Below, piece by piece: positions 47,857-57,956 of a stretch of DNA of 64,000 nt (the first letter of the stretch is position 1; every line of letters begins with the position of its first letter). This stretch comes from Rhodospirillaceae bacterium (GTDB taxonomy: Bacteria; Pseudomonadota; Alphaproteobacteria; SHVP01), in assembly GCA_002722055.1 (NCBI GenBank), contig PBKD01000014.1, forward strand, positions 16,533 to 80,532. Direction: 5' to 3'. Position numbers and translations under genes: made by a program. The notes under the pieces are model-generated. The model was not told the DNA's origin. It made no database searches and saw only the letters and a list, made by a program, of their open reading frames with translations.

Positions 47857-48918
47857 ATGGTTGATTTTGGTGTCTTCCTCCCAAACGGATCAAATGGATA
47901 TCTTATGAGTAGTGCTTATAAACCATACGCCCCCACATTTTCTGATAATTTACAAATTACCCAATTGGCAGAACAAAATGGATTTGATTATGTCTTGCCT
48001 ATGATTAAATTTAGGGGTTTTGGTGGAGATACAGGTTGCTGGGATGAATGCCTTGAGCCATTTAATCTTGTAGCAGGTTTGGCTGCAAAAACTGAAAAAA
48101 TAAAGTTTTTCCCTACTGTCTCAATGCCAGCTGTTCACCCAACCTATGCTGCTAGAATGATTTCAACATTAGACCAAATAAGTGACGGCAGAACTGGACT
48201 TAATGCGGTTACAGGATGGAATAAACCTGAATATTCTCAAATGGGTCTTTGGCCAGGCGATGAATACTATAGTGATAGGTATACACTCGCAGCTGAGTAT
48301 GTAACTATTCTAAGAGAGCTATGGCAAAATGGAGAAACAACTTTTGAAGGAAAATATTTTAAACTTACCGATTGTAAATGTTTTCCAGTGCCTAATTCTC
48401 ATATTGATATAGTTAGTGCTGGTCAATCAAAACAAGGTTTAGATTTTGTTGAAAATTTTGCAGATTATAGATTTATTATTGCTAACCCAAATGCACTAAA
48501 AAGATTAGAAGAGGAAGTTCATTCCAATAAAAAAAGAAAGTTTGGAAATTATCTTCTTTTTCACTTACTTGCTCGAGAAACTGATGAAGAAGCAAATAAA
48601 ACAGTAAAAACGATTGTGGAAAAAGCAGATATTCCAGCAATTGAAACTATGTTATTTGGTGGATCAGGTGATAAAAACAAAGAAGGAACTCTAGAAGCAC
48701 TGAGACAGGCTAAAGATGCACCTGTTGAAGAGGGCAATATGGCTTTTGGAGCTCACCCATGCATTTATGGCTCATTCACAAATGTAGCGGAGAAGATAAA
48801 TGATATCATTGAAAAAACCCAACCAGCAGGATTCATGTTCGCTTGGGCTGATTTTAAAGAGGGAATAAAAGATTTTGGAGATAAAATTCTCCCTAAAATA
48901 GAAATTAACAGAAGGTAA
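47857..48918 (+). CDS. LLM-class flavin-dependent monooxygenase (luciferase-like)
   Basis: It has the FGVFLP N-terminus and the TIM-barrel LLM pattern, resembling SsuD/SfnG/RutA relatives. It is 353 aa. Confidence 0.75.
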   Translation: MVDFGVFLPNGSNGYLMSSAYKPYAPTFSDNLQITQLAEQNGFDYVLPMIKFRGFGGDTGCWDECLEPFNLVAGLAAKTEKIKFFPTVSMPAVHPTYAARMISTLDQISDGRTGLNAVTGWNKPEYSQMGLWPGDEYYSDRYTLAAEYVTILRELWQNGETTFEGKYFKLTDCKCFPVPNSHIDIVSAGQSKQGLDFVENFADYRFIIANPNALKRLEEEVHSNKKRKFGNYLLFHLLARETDEEANKTVKTIVEKADIPAIETMLFGGSGDKNKEGTLEALRQAKDAPVEEGNMAFGAHPCIYGSFTNVAEKINDIIEKTQPAGFMFAWADFKEGIKDFGDKILPKIEINRR

Positions 48919-48922
48919 GAAA

Positions 48923-49678
48923 ATGAATTTAATGGGAAAATCAATACTTATAACGGGTGCTAATAGAGGCATAGGCAAATCTTTAGTTCTTGAGTCTATA
49001 GAAAAAGGAGCTTCAAAAATATACGGTACTTCAAGAAAAGAAGGATCCTTAGATCTTAATAATAATAAGGTTGAAGAAATTATTATGGAGGTAAGAGATA
49101 TAGAATCTGTAAAAAAAGCGATGAACAAAATATCTTCCCTTGATATTTTGATAAATAATGCAGGTGTTTTGCATAATGTTCCTATTTTATCAGAAGAAGA
49201 ACAACTTAAATATGCTAAGGAAGAAATCGAAGTAAATTATCTTGGCCCTTTGAATGTATGTAATATTTTTTGGCCGTTACTAGCTAAAAACAAGTCCAGT
49301 GACAATAAAGGAGTTATAGTCAATGTAATGTCTACATTAGCTAAAGTAACATATCCATTTTGTGGAACCTATTGTGCCAGCAAACATGCTACTCTTGCCT
49401 TGACCCGAGGTCTACGAGCTCAACTCAAAGATTTAAATATTGATGTTTTAGAAGCTTATCCTGGATTGACTGATACAGATATGACAAAAGGACTTGATCA
49501 CCTCCCAAAAGTTACCCCATTAAAAGTTGCAAAAAAAATAATCACTGCAATTGAAAATAATCAACAAGAAGTTTATGTAGGAGATGACTCAATCGAAATG
49601 GCGGATCATATACTTAAGGACCCTAAAGGGGCTCAAGACGAAGCAAATCAGTATATGCCAGATTCTCTAAAGATATGA
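48923..49678 (+). CDS. SDR-family oxidoreductase
   Basis: It has TGANRGIGK (TGxxxGxG), NNAG and the YxxxK catalytic pair (YCASK). Confidence 0.85.
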   Translation: MNLMGKSILITGANRGIGKSLVLESIEKGASKIYGTSRKEGSLDLNNNKVEEIIMEVRDIESVKKAMNKISSLDILINNAGVLHNVPILSEEEQLKYAKEEIEVNYLGPLNVCNIFWPLLAKNKSSDNKGVIVNVMSTLAKVTYPFCGTYCASKHATLALTRGLRAQLKDLNIDVLEAYPGLTDTDMTKGLDHLPKVTPLKVAKKIITAIENNQQEVYVGDDSIEMADHILKDPKGAQDEANQYMPDSLKI

Positions 49679-49736
49679 TTTAATTAAAATGGAAGACTAA
49701 TTCAAGTTAATTATAAAATTAAATATCTTCCTTGAT

Positions 49737-50678
49737 TTAAGCGCTTATAATTCTATTTATTTCTTTCAATTGATTTTCAGATAAGTTGCACTTCAATGAA
49801 TTTACATTTTGTTCCACTTGCTGAGCTGATGTTGCTCCAGCAATGATACTTGAGACATACTTTTTGGAGGCCAACCATCGAAATGAAATATCAAGTAATT
49901 TCAAATTATATTTATCGCAAAAATTTTCTAAAGACTCTATTTTTATCCAATTTTCATTAGACATATATTTATCTACTAGTTGTGGCCATGCTAAAAATCT
50001 AGAATTCTCAGGAAAGTATTTATCTTTTTTATATTTCCCTGTGAGAAGACCACTAGCTAAAGGAAAATATGGTAATAAACTCATTTTATGACTCTCAATT
50101 TCAGTTACCAAGTTTTCCTCAATATCTCTAACAAGAAGAGAATATTCATCTTGAGAAGAAATAAACATTTTATCAAATTCATCTTTAAAAATATTTTGAG
50201 ATAAAATTAACTGTTGAGACGAATAGTTTGAGCAACCAATATATCTTACTTTCCCCTCGGAAATCAAATTCTCTAGGGCTCTCATTGTTTCCTCAGGATC
50301 AGTATTCAAATCCGGGCGGTGAACTTGATATAGATCAATCCAATCAGTTTTTAACCGCTTTAAACTTGATTCAATTGCCTTAAGAATATATTTAGCTGAG
50401 GCACCAGACATCTCGCCATCTTTATCCATGGGCATACCAAATTTAGTAGCTAAAATAATTTGTTTACGATCATTGCCTAAAATATCTCCAATAAATTCTT
50501 CTGAACCACCTTTATTTCCATAAACATCTGCTGTGTCAAAAAAGTTTATACCTAATTCTAATGCTTTATTAATAACTAATTTAGAAGTTTCAAAATCAAT
50601 TCTACTTGAAAAGTTATTACAGCCTAAACCGATTAAAGAAACCTCTAAATCTGATTGGCCTATTTTTCTAAATTCCAT
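49737..50678 (-). CDS. Aldo/keto reductase
   Basis: It has LGCNNF...INFFDTADVYG and the AKR (alpha/beta)8 signatures. It is 313 aa. Confidence 0.85.
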   Translation of the reverse strand: MEFRKIGQSDLEVSLIGLGCNNFSSRIDFETSKLVINKALELGINFFDTADVYGNKGGSEEFIGDILGNDRKQIILATKFGMPMDKDGEMSGASAKYILKAIESSLKRLKTDWIDLYQVHRPDLNTDPEETMRALENLISEGKVRYIGCSNYSSQQLILSQNIFKDEFDKMFISSQDEYSLLVRDIEENLVTEIESHKMSLLPYFPLASGLLTGKYKKDKYFPENSRFLAWPQLVDKYMSNENWIKIESLENFCDKYNLKLLDISFRWLASKKYVSSIIAGATSAQQVEQNVNSLKCNLSENQLKEINRIISA

Positions 50679-50813
50679 TTCGTTTGTCCCTGTATATAAT
50701 TACAAAAGGATAACATAAAGTACCCTATAAAATTGAATTAATGTATTGAATATAAATTTTACCATAGTTATACATAAAATATCTAATTGATTAAATTTTA
50801 ATAGAGAAAACGA

Positions 50814-51887
50814 ATGAAAATGATAAAAAAACTAATTGCACTAATTCTTTTTATAACTCTTCCTATCATATCTGCACACTCAAAAGGGATAACCCTGAAA
50901 AAAATTACTACTCTTGAATATCCCTGGGGTTCTTCTTTTATTGATAATAATAATCTATTAGTTTCAGAAAAATACGGGAAAATTAAATTGATAAATATAG
51001 AAAGTAAGAAAATTACTAATATAGATCATAACCTTAATTTTTCTTCGAAAGGACAAGGCGGGCTTCTTGATATTTTATATCAAGATGGTTTTGTATGGAT
51101 TTCATACTCTGAAAAAAGAAATCTAATTTCTTCTAGCACATCAATAGCAAAAGGGAAATTTAAAAAAAATAAAATAATATTTGAAAATATTTTTCAAGCA
51201 AATCCTCCAATAAACTCAGGCCTTCACTTTGGTTCTAGGCTTGCTATTAAAGATAACTATTTATTTGCATCCATAGGAGAGAGGGGCCAAGGAATGATTG
51301 CTCAAGATCCAACAAAACATCCAGGTAGCATCATTCGAATTCACCTTGATGGAAGTATCCCAAAAGATAACCCTAAATATGAGGGACTAAATAATTGGCA
51401 ACCAGAAATATATCAAATAGGTTTAAGAAACCCTCAAGGATTAACTCTTTCTCCTTTTGATAATAAAATTTATATAAGTAATCACGGGGCAATGGGTGGA
51501 GACTGGTTTGGAGAGGCAAAGAAAGGTGGGAACTATGGTTGGAAGATACTTGGCTGGGGAGGTAGAAATTATTCAGGAATTCCAATTGGGCCAAAATGGA
51601 AACCAGGATTTACAAAAGCAATAAGGTATTGGGTGCCTTCAATAGCTGTTAGTGCTATTGCCATTTATAAAGGTGAAGAATTTAATAACTGGAATGGTAA
51701 AGCTTTGATTACTTCTCTAAAGGACATGTCCGTCAGAACACTTACATTTGATAATAAAAATATAGTCAAAGAAGAAATAGTATTAAAGAATCAAATAGGA
51801 AGAATAAGGGATATACAAATTCATCCTTCTAATGGAAAAATATATTTGTTGAGTCAAGATTCTTTATGGCTGATGGAAAAAAATTAA
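50814..51887 (+). CDS. Soluble PQQ-dependent sugar (glucose/sorbosone) dehydrogenase-like beta-propeller, secreted
   Basis: It has a signal peptide and the PF07995 beta-propeller pattern. Repeated GG.WG/HGG motifs are present. Confidence 0.65.
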   Translation: MKMIKKLIALILFITLPIISAHSKGITLKKITTLEYPWGSSFIDNNNLLVSEKYGKIKLINIESKKITNIDHNLNFSSKGQGGLLDILYQDGFVWISYSEKRNLISSSTSIAKGKFKKNKIIFENIFQANPPINSGLHFGSRLAIKDNYLFASIGERGQGMIAQDPTKHPGSIIRIHLDGSIPKDNPKYEGLNNWQPEIYQIGLRNPQGLTLSPFDNKIYISNHGAMGGDWFGEAKKGGNYGWKILGWGGRNYSGIPIGPKWKPGFTKAIRYWVPSIAVSAIAIYKGEEFNNWNGKALITSLKDMSVRTLTFDNKNIVKEEIVLKNQIGRIRDIQIHPSNGKIYLLSQDSLWLMEKN

Positions 51888-51888
51888 G

Positions 51889-53196
51889 TTATAAATATCC
51901 CCAGAGATTTGGCAACCATAAAGCTAATGCCGGGAAGCAAGTCACAAGAGCTAATCTAACTAAATCTGCCCCTGCAAATGGAGCTATACCTTTAAATATT
52001 GTCGTTATAGGAAGATGTTTTGCCATTCCATGCATCACAAAAACATTCATTCCAATTGGAGGTGTTATCATTCCTATTTCCATAACAATAACATTTATTA
52101 CTCCCCACCATATTGGATCAAAACCTAAATTGACTATTAATGGATAAACAAAAGGAAGTGTTATGACCATAGCTGCAACGGTATCAAAAATGCTTCCTAG
52201 TATAATAAACATTATGTATAAAAGTATAAGAATTATATATTTGTTTAGACCCAAATCTTCAATTGAACTTACAATTGTTTCAGGTAAACCAGATAATGTC
52301 ATAAAAAAAGAAAAAATATGAGCACCGATTATGATAACATATATCATACCTGTTGTACTTGCTGCATCAATGAGGGTCTCTAGAAATGAATTCCAAGTAA
52401 TCTTTTTTCTAAATAATGCAAAAAGAAAAGCAATAACAACTCCAACTGAGGCAGACTCTGCTGGAGAAAAAACTCCTGTATAAAGACCTACTGAAACAAT
52501 AACTGCTAAAGTTAAAACTCCCCATGAAGCTCTTAGAATCTTAAGGCGCTCACTCCAAGGTAGTTTTGGCCCAGGTGGGCCCATTTCAGGTTTTACAAAA
52601 ACCAAAACCCTTATAGCAATGAAGTATACTACTATTGATAATAGACCAGGAATTAAAGCAGCGGCAAATAAAGCAATAATAAACTGCTCAGTTAAAATTC
52701 CGTAAATTATCATTACAATTGAGGGGGGTATTAACATTCCTAATGTTCCACCTGCAGCAATACTCCCTGCTGAGAGCATTGGGGAATAACCTCTTTCTGC
52801 CATTTCTGGTAATGCTATTCTTGTCATAGTAGCTGTTGTAGCTATTGAAGAACCACTAACAGAACCAAACCCTCCACAAGCTCCAACAGTTGCAATTGCT
52901 AGACCACCTCTAAGATGACCAAAAAAAGCATAAGCTAACCTATATAAATCTTGAGCAAGACCACTTAAGTTAGCAAAAGCACCCATAAGTATAAAACTAG
53001 CGACAACTGCTAATCCTTCACTCGTTACAACTGATCTACCTTCTGCTCCAAATAGCCCATAAGCAGGCTCGAAACCAATTAAATAACCAATGGTTATAAA
53101 ACCTGTTATCCCCATAGCAACACCTATAGGAACATGTAAAGCAATGAAAACAAATAGAAGTATTAAGCCTAATATACCGATTAAAACTGGGGACAT
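51889..53196 (-). CDS. dctM: TRAP transporter large permease DctM
   Basis: It is 435 aa with 12+ TM helices and matches the DctM family pattern. Confidence 0.85.
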   Translation of the reverse strand: MSPVLIGILGLILLFVFIALHVPIGVAMGITGFITIGYLIGFEPAYGLFGAEGRSVVTSEGLAVVASFILMGAFANLSGLAQDLYRLAYAFFGHLRGGLAIATVGACGGFGSVSGSSIATTATMTRIALPEMAERGYSPMLSAGSIAAGGTLGMLIPPSIVMIIYGILTEQFIIALFAAALIPGLLSIVVYFIAIRVLVFVKPEMGPPGPKLPWSERLKILRASWGVLTLAVIVSVGLYTGVFSPAESASVGVVIAFLFALFRKKITWNSFLETLIDAASTTGMIYVIIIGAHIFSFFMTLSGLPETIVSSIEDLGLNKYIILILLYIMFIILGSIFDTVAAMVITLPFVYPLIVNLGFDPIWWGVINVIVMEIGMITPPIGMNVFVMHGMAKHLPITTIFKGIAPFAGADLVRLALVTCFPALALWLPNLWGYL

Positions 53197-53198
53197 TT

Positions 53199-53744
53199 TT
53201 AATTATTCTCTTTTTTTTCTAGAGGATCATTTTTATCAAAATTTATTTTTTCGAAAAAAGCAGACTTTATATTTTTAAAAATCATCCAGACTTGAACTGG
53301 CAAACAAAAAAGAATTATAACTGTAGCAATCCACCACCAAAAAGCTACAGGAATTTTTTCAACACCAGTTGTTCTATTATTTTCTTGAAGATCTATACCA
53401 AGTAAAACAAATTGAGAGGATAGAAAATAAAAAAATACAAGCGTAAGAATAGAGGCGAATAATTCTAAAAATTTTTTACTCACGGGGCCTAGAGCCGCTC
53501 CTAAAAATTCAATACTGACATTCTTTCTATGTAGCAAAACTGCTGGAAATGTTGCGCATATAATTATAGGAAAAGAAATTAAACCCCAGTCTCCGAATCC
53601 AGGAATACTTGGGAGTAATAACCATCGCATAAGTGCGTCATACATAGTAAGAAATGACATAAATATAAGGAAAACAAAACCTACAGTAGCGATTATTTTA
53701 CAAACAAGGTCAAGTCGGTACTGTAGGTTTTCTAGTATTTTCAT
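53199..53744 (-). CDS. dctQ: TRAP transporter small permease DctQ
   Basis: It is 181 aa with 4 TM helices and lies between dctP and dctM. Confidence 0.8.
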   Translation of the reverse strand: MKILENLQYRLDLVCKIIATVGFVFLIFMSFLTMYDALMRWLLLPSIPGFGDWGLISFPIIICATFPAVLLHRKNVSIEFLGAALGPVSKKFLELFASILTLVFFYFLSSQFVLLGIDLQENNRTTGVEKIPVAFWWWIATVIILFCLPVQVWMIFKNIKSAFFEKINFDKNDPLEKKENN

Positions 53745-53775
53745 TAAACTAAAAATTAAAAAAAGTTTTCAATTA

Positions 53776-54798
53776 CTACTCACCCCTCATCTCTTTGAGT
53801 AGTTTTTTTGCTGCATCGAAAACTTTTCTATTTCCAGGCGTTTGGTTCGCCCATTCTTCCCAAACAGCTTTTGCTCCATTTTCATACTTTTGAAGCTCAG
53901 CTTTAGTGAATGTTACCATTGTATGCTTACCGCCCTCTTTTATCATTTTACGAAGATCAACACCTGCTTTGGCATATGCTCTACCAGAATCTTCTGCGAC
54001 CATAAGACCAGCGTTATCTTGAAGCGCTTTTTGTTCTGCTGGGCTTAAACCCTCCCAGGTTTTCTTATTCATAAGCAGCATGAAACCTAATGTACCAACT
54101 GGAACATCAACTGTATGAGTTACCAGACCAAAAGATTTAAATGTCTTCATTCCTGACCAACCCTGAATACCAGCAGATAGTGTGCCTCTATTTAACTTAT
54201 CATTCATATCCTTAGTAGCGGCAGCTTCTGGAATAGCACCAAGTGTTTTTAACCACATACCTTGAGTGGCACCTATTATCCTAACTTTTTTATTTTTTAA
54301 ATCTTCAAGCTTAGATATTGGCTCTCTAGAAAAGATGGAGGCAGGCTCACCTGCGAACATACCTACTAAATGTGTATCTTCAAAACCGGAAAGCAGTCCC
54401 ATTTCATGTAACTTCCAACTTACAACAGATGCTTCACGGGCTGTTCTAAAAAAGAATGGTAATTCTACTACCTCTAATTCTGGAAATTGACCAGGTGTGT
54501 AACCAGACATTACCCAAGCAACATCTGCAACACCTGCTTTCACTAAATCATACTGCTGAAAAGGACTCTTTCCTAGAGACCCACCCCAATAAGCTTTTAG
54601 TTCTTTTTTTGATCCAATTTCTTTCAAAGCAGCATTAGCTCTTTCCATCCATGGCATAATTACAAATCTGCTACCAAAACCTTTTGCAGAAACAAAAGAA
54701 CCAACTTTTATTTGATCCGCATTGGTAGCTGAAATAGATACAGCTAAGAACAGCACTGAAAAAAAAGGTATAAATAATTTAATTAAAAAATTCTTCAT
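53776..54798 (-). CDS. dctP: TRAP transporter DctP-type substrate-binding protein
   Basis: It has a signal peptide, is ~340 aa and matches the DctP family pattern. It sits first in the dctPQM operon. Confidence 0.8.
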   Translation of the reverse strand: MKNFLIKLFIPFFSVLFLAVSISATNADQIKVGSFVSAKGFGSRFVIMPWMERANAALKEIGSKKELKAYWGGSLGKSPFQQYDLVKAGVADVAWVMSGYTPGQFPELEVVELPFFFRTAREASVVSWKLHEMGLLSGFEDTHLVGMFAGEPASIFSREPISKLEDLKNKKVRIIGATQGMWLKTLGAIPEAAATKDMNDKLNRGTLSAGIQGWSGMKTFKSFGLVTHTVDVPVGTLGFMLLMNKKTWEGLSPAEQKALQDNAGLMVAEDSGRAYAKAGVDLRKMIKEGGKHTMVTFTKAELQKYENGAKAVWEEWANQTPGNRKVFDAAKKLLKEMRGE

Positions 54799-54919
54799 TC
54801 TTATCCCCCTAATACTAAATTAATTGGTGTATGGTAAATCAAAGAAAAAAATATTCAAGATTTGATGTATAATAATCAAAGAAATACACTATTTTAGATA
54901 AATAATTCAATAATTTTAT

Positions 54920-56131
54920 CTACTTTATTGACTCAGCATACCGCACAGATTCTATCATTGAAGACTTCATAAGGTAATTCTTCATAAGTCTCTTATCTGA
55001 AGTAATTTCTTTTAAATTATTCATTATTTCCCTTCTTACCTCTGGGTCTGTTTGACGCATTCTCCTATGATTAGCATCAGACAAGCTATGAACATATTCT
55101 GTTGCAATTGTTTTACGCTGCCTTGTATAAAGATTAAAAAGTGAATGATCTGAGCCATGCCATACTTTATAAAGTTTATTTGATAAATTGATTGCATCAT
55201 GCACGCCACAGTTCATACCCAAGCCTCCATTCGGGGAGTTTAGGTGAGCAGCATCACCTGCAAGCAACACTCTTCCAAGATTAAATGTTTCTGTAACCCT
55301 TTGATGTGTTTGGTACATGCCTCTTGCTAAAATATTATACCTTTCACCTGGTCTGGAATAAATTTTCTGAAAATGACTTTCTAGAGAATTATCTGATAAT
55401 GTATCTTTAGGATTCTGACCTTGAATGGGCGTTATACCCGATCTCCACCTATCTGGAACTTTCAGTAGACTAAAATTACTTTTTTCAGTCCAAATATAAT
55501 TTACACCAGAAAGGCCGTCATAATATTTTTCAAAGGGAAAATCAGTAATTGCTACCATTGTAAGAACTGGATATGTTTTACCTTCGAAACCCAGCCCTAA
55601 TTTTTGTCGAATTATAGAATGTCCTCCATCACAGCCAATTAAATACTTGCACCTCTCAGTAATTTTTTCTCCATTATCAATAATATGCACATCCACTCCT
55701 TCTTCATCCTGTGCGATATCAAAAACATTACAGTTTAGATATAGATTTGCATTATCTAAACCTTGAATTTTATTTGACAAATATTTAACAACATGAAACT
55801 GCTCACATTGGACTCTATAAGGATGATTAGTCTCTCCCTCCAAAACATTTAATTCAAAAATTGCTCTTTCTCCAGTATCTTGATACCTATACTGCCATGA
55901 TGGAGTAATACTCCCCTTTCTGATAATCATATCTGAGATATCATATTCATCCAACATATCTAAAGTTGCTGGATGCCATGTAGAAGCTCTCAAATCTTCT
56001 GGTATTATTGTTCCTTTTTCATAGATAGATACAGTTATTCCCATTTTTGCAAGCCAAAATCCACATATCAACCCAATAGGCCCGCCTCCTACAATTATAA
56101 CCTGATCATCATTTTTTTTTTCATTTATCAC
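54920..56131 (-). CDS. FAD-dependent aromatic-ring-hydroxylase-type monooxygenase (PF01494)
   Basis: It has the GGGPIGL Rossmann motif, the DG.HS..R motif (CDGGHSIIRQ) and the GD..H...P..G.G.N motif (AGDAAHLNSPNGGLGMN). The start is GTG. Confidence 0.85.
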   Translation of the reverse strand: MINEKKNDDQVIIVGGGPIGLICGFWLAKMGITVSIYEKGTIIPEDLRASTWHPATLDMLDEYDISDMIIRKGSITPSWQYRYQDTGERAIFELNVLEGETNHPYRVQCEQFHVVKYLSNKIQGLDNANLYLNCNVFDIAQDEEGVDVHIIDNGEKITERCKYLIGCDGGHSIIRQKLGLGFEGKTYPVLTMVAITDFPFEKYYDGLSGVNYIWTEKSNFSLLKVPDRWRSGITPIQGQNPKDTLSDNSLESHFQKIYSRPGERYNILARGMYQTHQRVTETFNLGRVLLAGDAAHLNSPNGGLGMNCGVHDAINLSNKLYKVWHGSDHSLFNLYTRQRKTIATEYVHSLSDANHRRMRQTDPEVRREIMNNLKEITSDKRLMKNYLMKSSMIESVRYAESIK

Positions 56132-56140
56132 CTAGACTAT

Positions 56141-56176
56141 CTTATGGCTTAGAAAATTCTTATGGCTTAGAAAATT
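56141..56176. repeat. Perfect 18-bp x 2 tandem direct repeat (cttatggcttagaaaatt) in the monooxygenase/nitrilase divergent promoter
   Basis: It is seen directly, with copy 1 at 56141-56158 and copy 2 at 56159-56176. It lies 10 bp upstream of the GTG of the minus-strand monooxygenase and ~70 bp upstream of the nitrilase ATG. Confidence 0.9.
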
Positions 56177-56246
56177 ATAAACATAGTATACAAAATAACA
56201 AATAAAGTAGATAATTAAATTTTATTTAATTTATGGGATTAGTAAT

Positions 56247-57956
56247 TTGATTAAAAATGAGATTAGGGTTGCAGCCGTTCAGTTTGATGTAGGTGAAAAT
56301 ATTGATCAAAATCTTGAAAAATCTCTAAAGATGATATCAAGGTCATCAAATTATAAACCTAATTTAATAGTACTTCCAGAATTTATAAATCATTGTTCCT
56401 GGTATGAAGATGAGAATCACTGCTATTCAGTAGCCGTTGAAATGGATGGTTATTTTTTGAATGAGATAAGAAACAAAGCTTCAGAACTAGAGATTTTCAT
56501 AGTTATTAATTGCACTGTAAAAAGAGAAGCAAAAAAAGTAACAGGAACAAATATATTAATTAGTCCAAATGGTGAAGTTTTAGCAGAAAGCGATAAGCAA
56601 GTTTTAATGGGAAATGAAAATAATTTTTTAATGTGTGCAAAAACTTTAGGGCCAGTAACTAAAACAACAATTGGAAGATTAGGTATGTTTTCATGTATGG
56701 ATGGTGTCATGTATGAAACACCAAGATGTATAGCTTTAAGAGATGCACAAATAATGTGTAATACTTTAAATTCTTTTGCGAACGATGAAGCCTCACTTCA
56801 TATTCCCGTTAGAGCTGCAGAAAATAAGGTATTCGTTGTAGCTAGCAATAAATCAGGTGCTTTAGTTCCTGAAGGCGTAAGAAATACCTTGGCCAATAAA
56901 TTAATGATAGACCCTGATAAATTAAACGGAGCTGGCGAAAGCCAGATAGTTGACCCAAAAGGAAATGTCTTAGCAAAAGCTCCAATAGAGGGCAACCATG
57001 TAATATGGGCAGATATAGATATAAGCGAAGCAGAAATTAAAATTAGACCAGACAACACAAATATTTTTACCTCAAGACGACCAGAGATATACAAACCTAT
57101 TGCAAAAAAGCCAAAAACAAAAATGAAACATAGTAAAGTTGAAAGTTTATCAGTTGCAGTAATTCAACCAGACATCTCCCGAAAAGATTTTGAAAGTCAA
57201 ATTGCTAAAGAAATAAAAAAATTGTCAAAGTTATCAGTAAAACTAATTGTATTTCCTGAACTTTTCTATCTAAATGAAAAAGAAAAAATCTCAGATGTTA
57301 GTGAAATAAACTTTCTAACAAAAAAAATTATTTCAACTATCACTGAATCCCTGTCAGAAACAGATACTAAAGTTGTTATGAGCATAGTTTCAAATGACAA
57401 CTCTTCTCACGAGGGAATAGTTATTGGTAGTGAAGGAATATTAATGAAACAAAAACAGCTACATCTTTGTGAACGTCATAATTGGTCTACATCCTTGTCT
57501 GATGATGTCAATGTTTTAGATTTAAGTTGGGGGAGAATCGGAGTAGTTGTTGGTGGTGACTCAATTTTTCCTGAAGTTTTTCGGTTATTAGCGCTAAGGG
57601 ATGTAGACGTAGTAGCTGTTACTTCAAAAATTCTAGAGGAGTGGGAAACACATTATGGACTAATTGAAAGAGCAGCTGAAAATAGAATGGCAATAATTGT
57701 TGGAAGTAGACCTTCTGAGAATAAAACAAGCATGATAGTTGCACCAAATAAAGATTTCACTCTTTGGACTAAATGGGAGAGACCTTTTGATGGAAGTATC
57801 AATGAACCTTCTAGCACAATTGCAGGAAATAATTTTGGGACAACTATAGCAAATATAAATCCTTCAGCTTCTAATAACCGAGAAGTAACAATTCATACAA
57901 ATGTTGTAGAAAGCCGTCCGTGGAAACTACTTGAACCATTGATAAAAAAAAATTAA
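56247..57956 (+). CDS. Fused double carbon-nitrogen hydrolase (nitrilase-superfamily) protein with an intact E-K-C triad in domain 1 and Cys replaced by Gly in domain 2
   Basis: Domain 1 (aa 1-280) has LPEF (E), SDKQVL (K) and GMFSCMDG (C). Domain 2 (aa 290-569) has FPELFY (E) and MKQKQLHL (K), but the Cys position reads GVVVGGDSIFPE. Confidence 0.75.
   Translation: MIKNEIRVAAVQFDVGENIDQNLEKSLKMISRSSNYKPNLIVLPEFINHCSWYEDENHCYSVAVEMDGYFLNEIRNKASELEIFIVINCTVKREAKKVTGTNILISPNGEVLAESDKQVLMGNENNFLMCAKTLGPVTKTTIGRLGMFSCMDGVMYETPRCIALRDAQIMCNTLNSFANDEASLHIPVRAAENKVFVVASNKSGALVPEGVRNTLANKLMIDPDKLNGAGESQIVDPKGNVLAKAPIEGNHVIWADIDISEAEIKIRPDNTNIFTSRRPEIYKPIAKKPKTKMKHSKVESLSVAVIQPDISRKDFESQIAKEIKKLSKLSVKLIVFPELFYLNEKEKISDVSEINFLTKKIISTITESLSETDTKVVMSIVSNDNSSHEGIVIGSEGILMKQKQLHLCERHNWSTSLSDDVNVLDLSWGRIGVVVGGDSIFPEVFRLLALRDVDVVAVTSKILEEWETHYGLIERAAENRMAIIVGSRPSENKTSMIVAPNKDFTLWTKWERPFDGSINEPSSTIAGNNFGTTIANINPSASNNREVTIHTNVVESRPWKLLEPLIKKN

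Noticed and set aside
48772-49128. 118-aa minus-strand ORF spanning the LLM/SDR junction
   Set aside because: It is antisense to two well-supported genes, including the SDR TGxxxGxG motif, with no features of its own.
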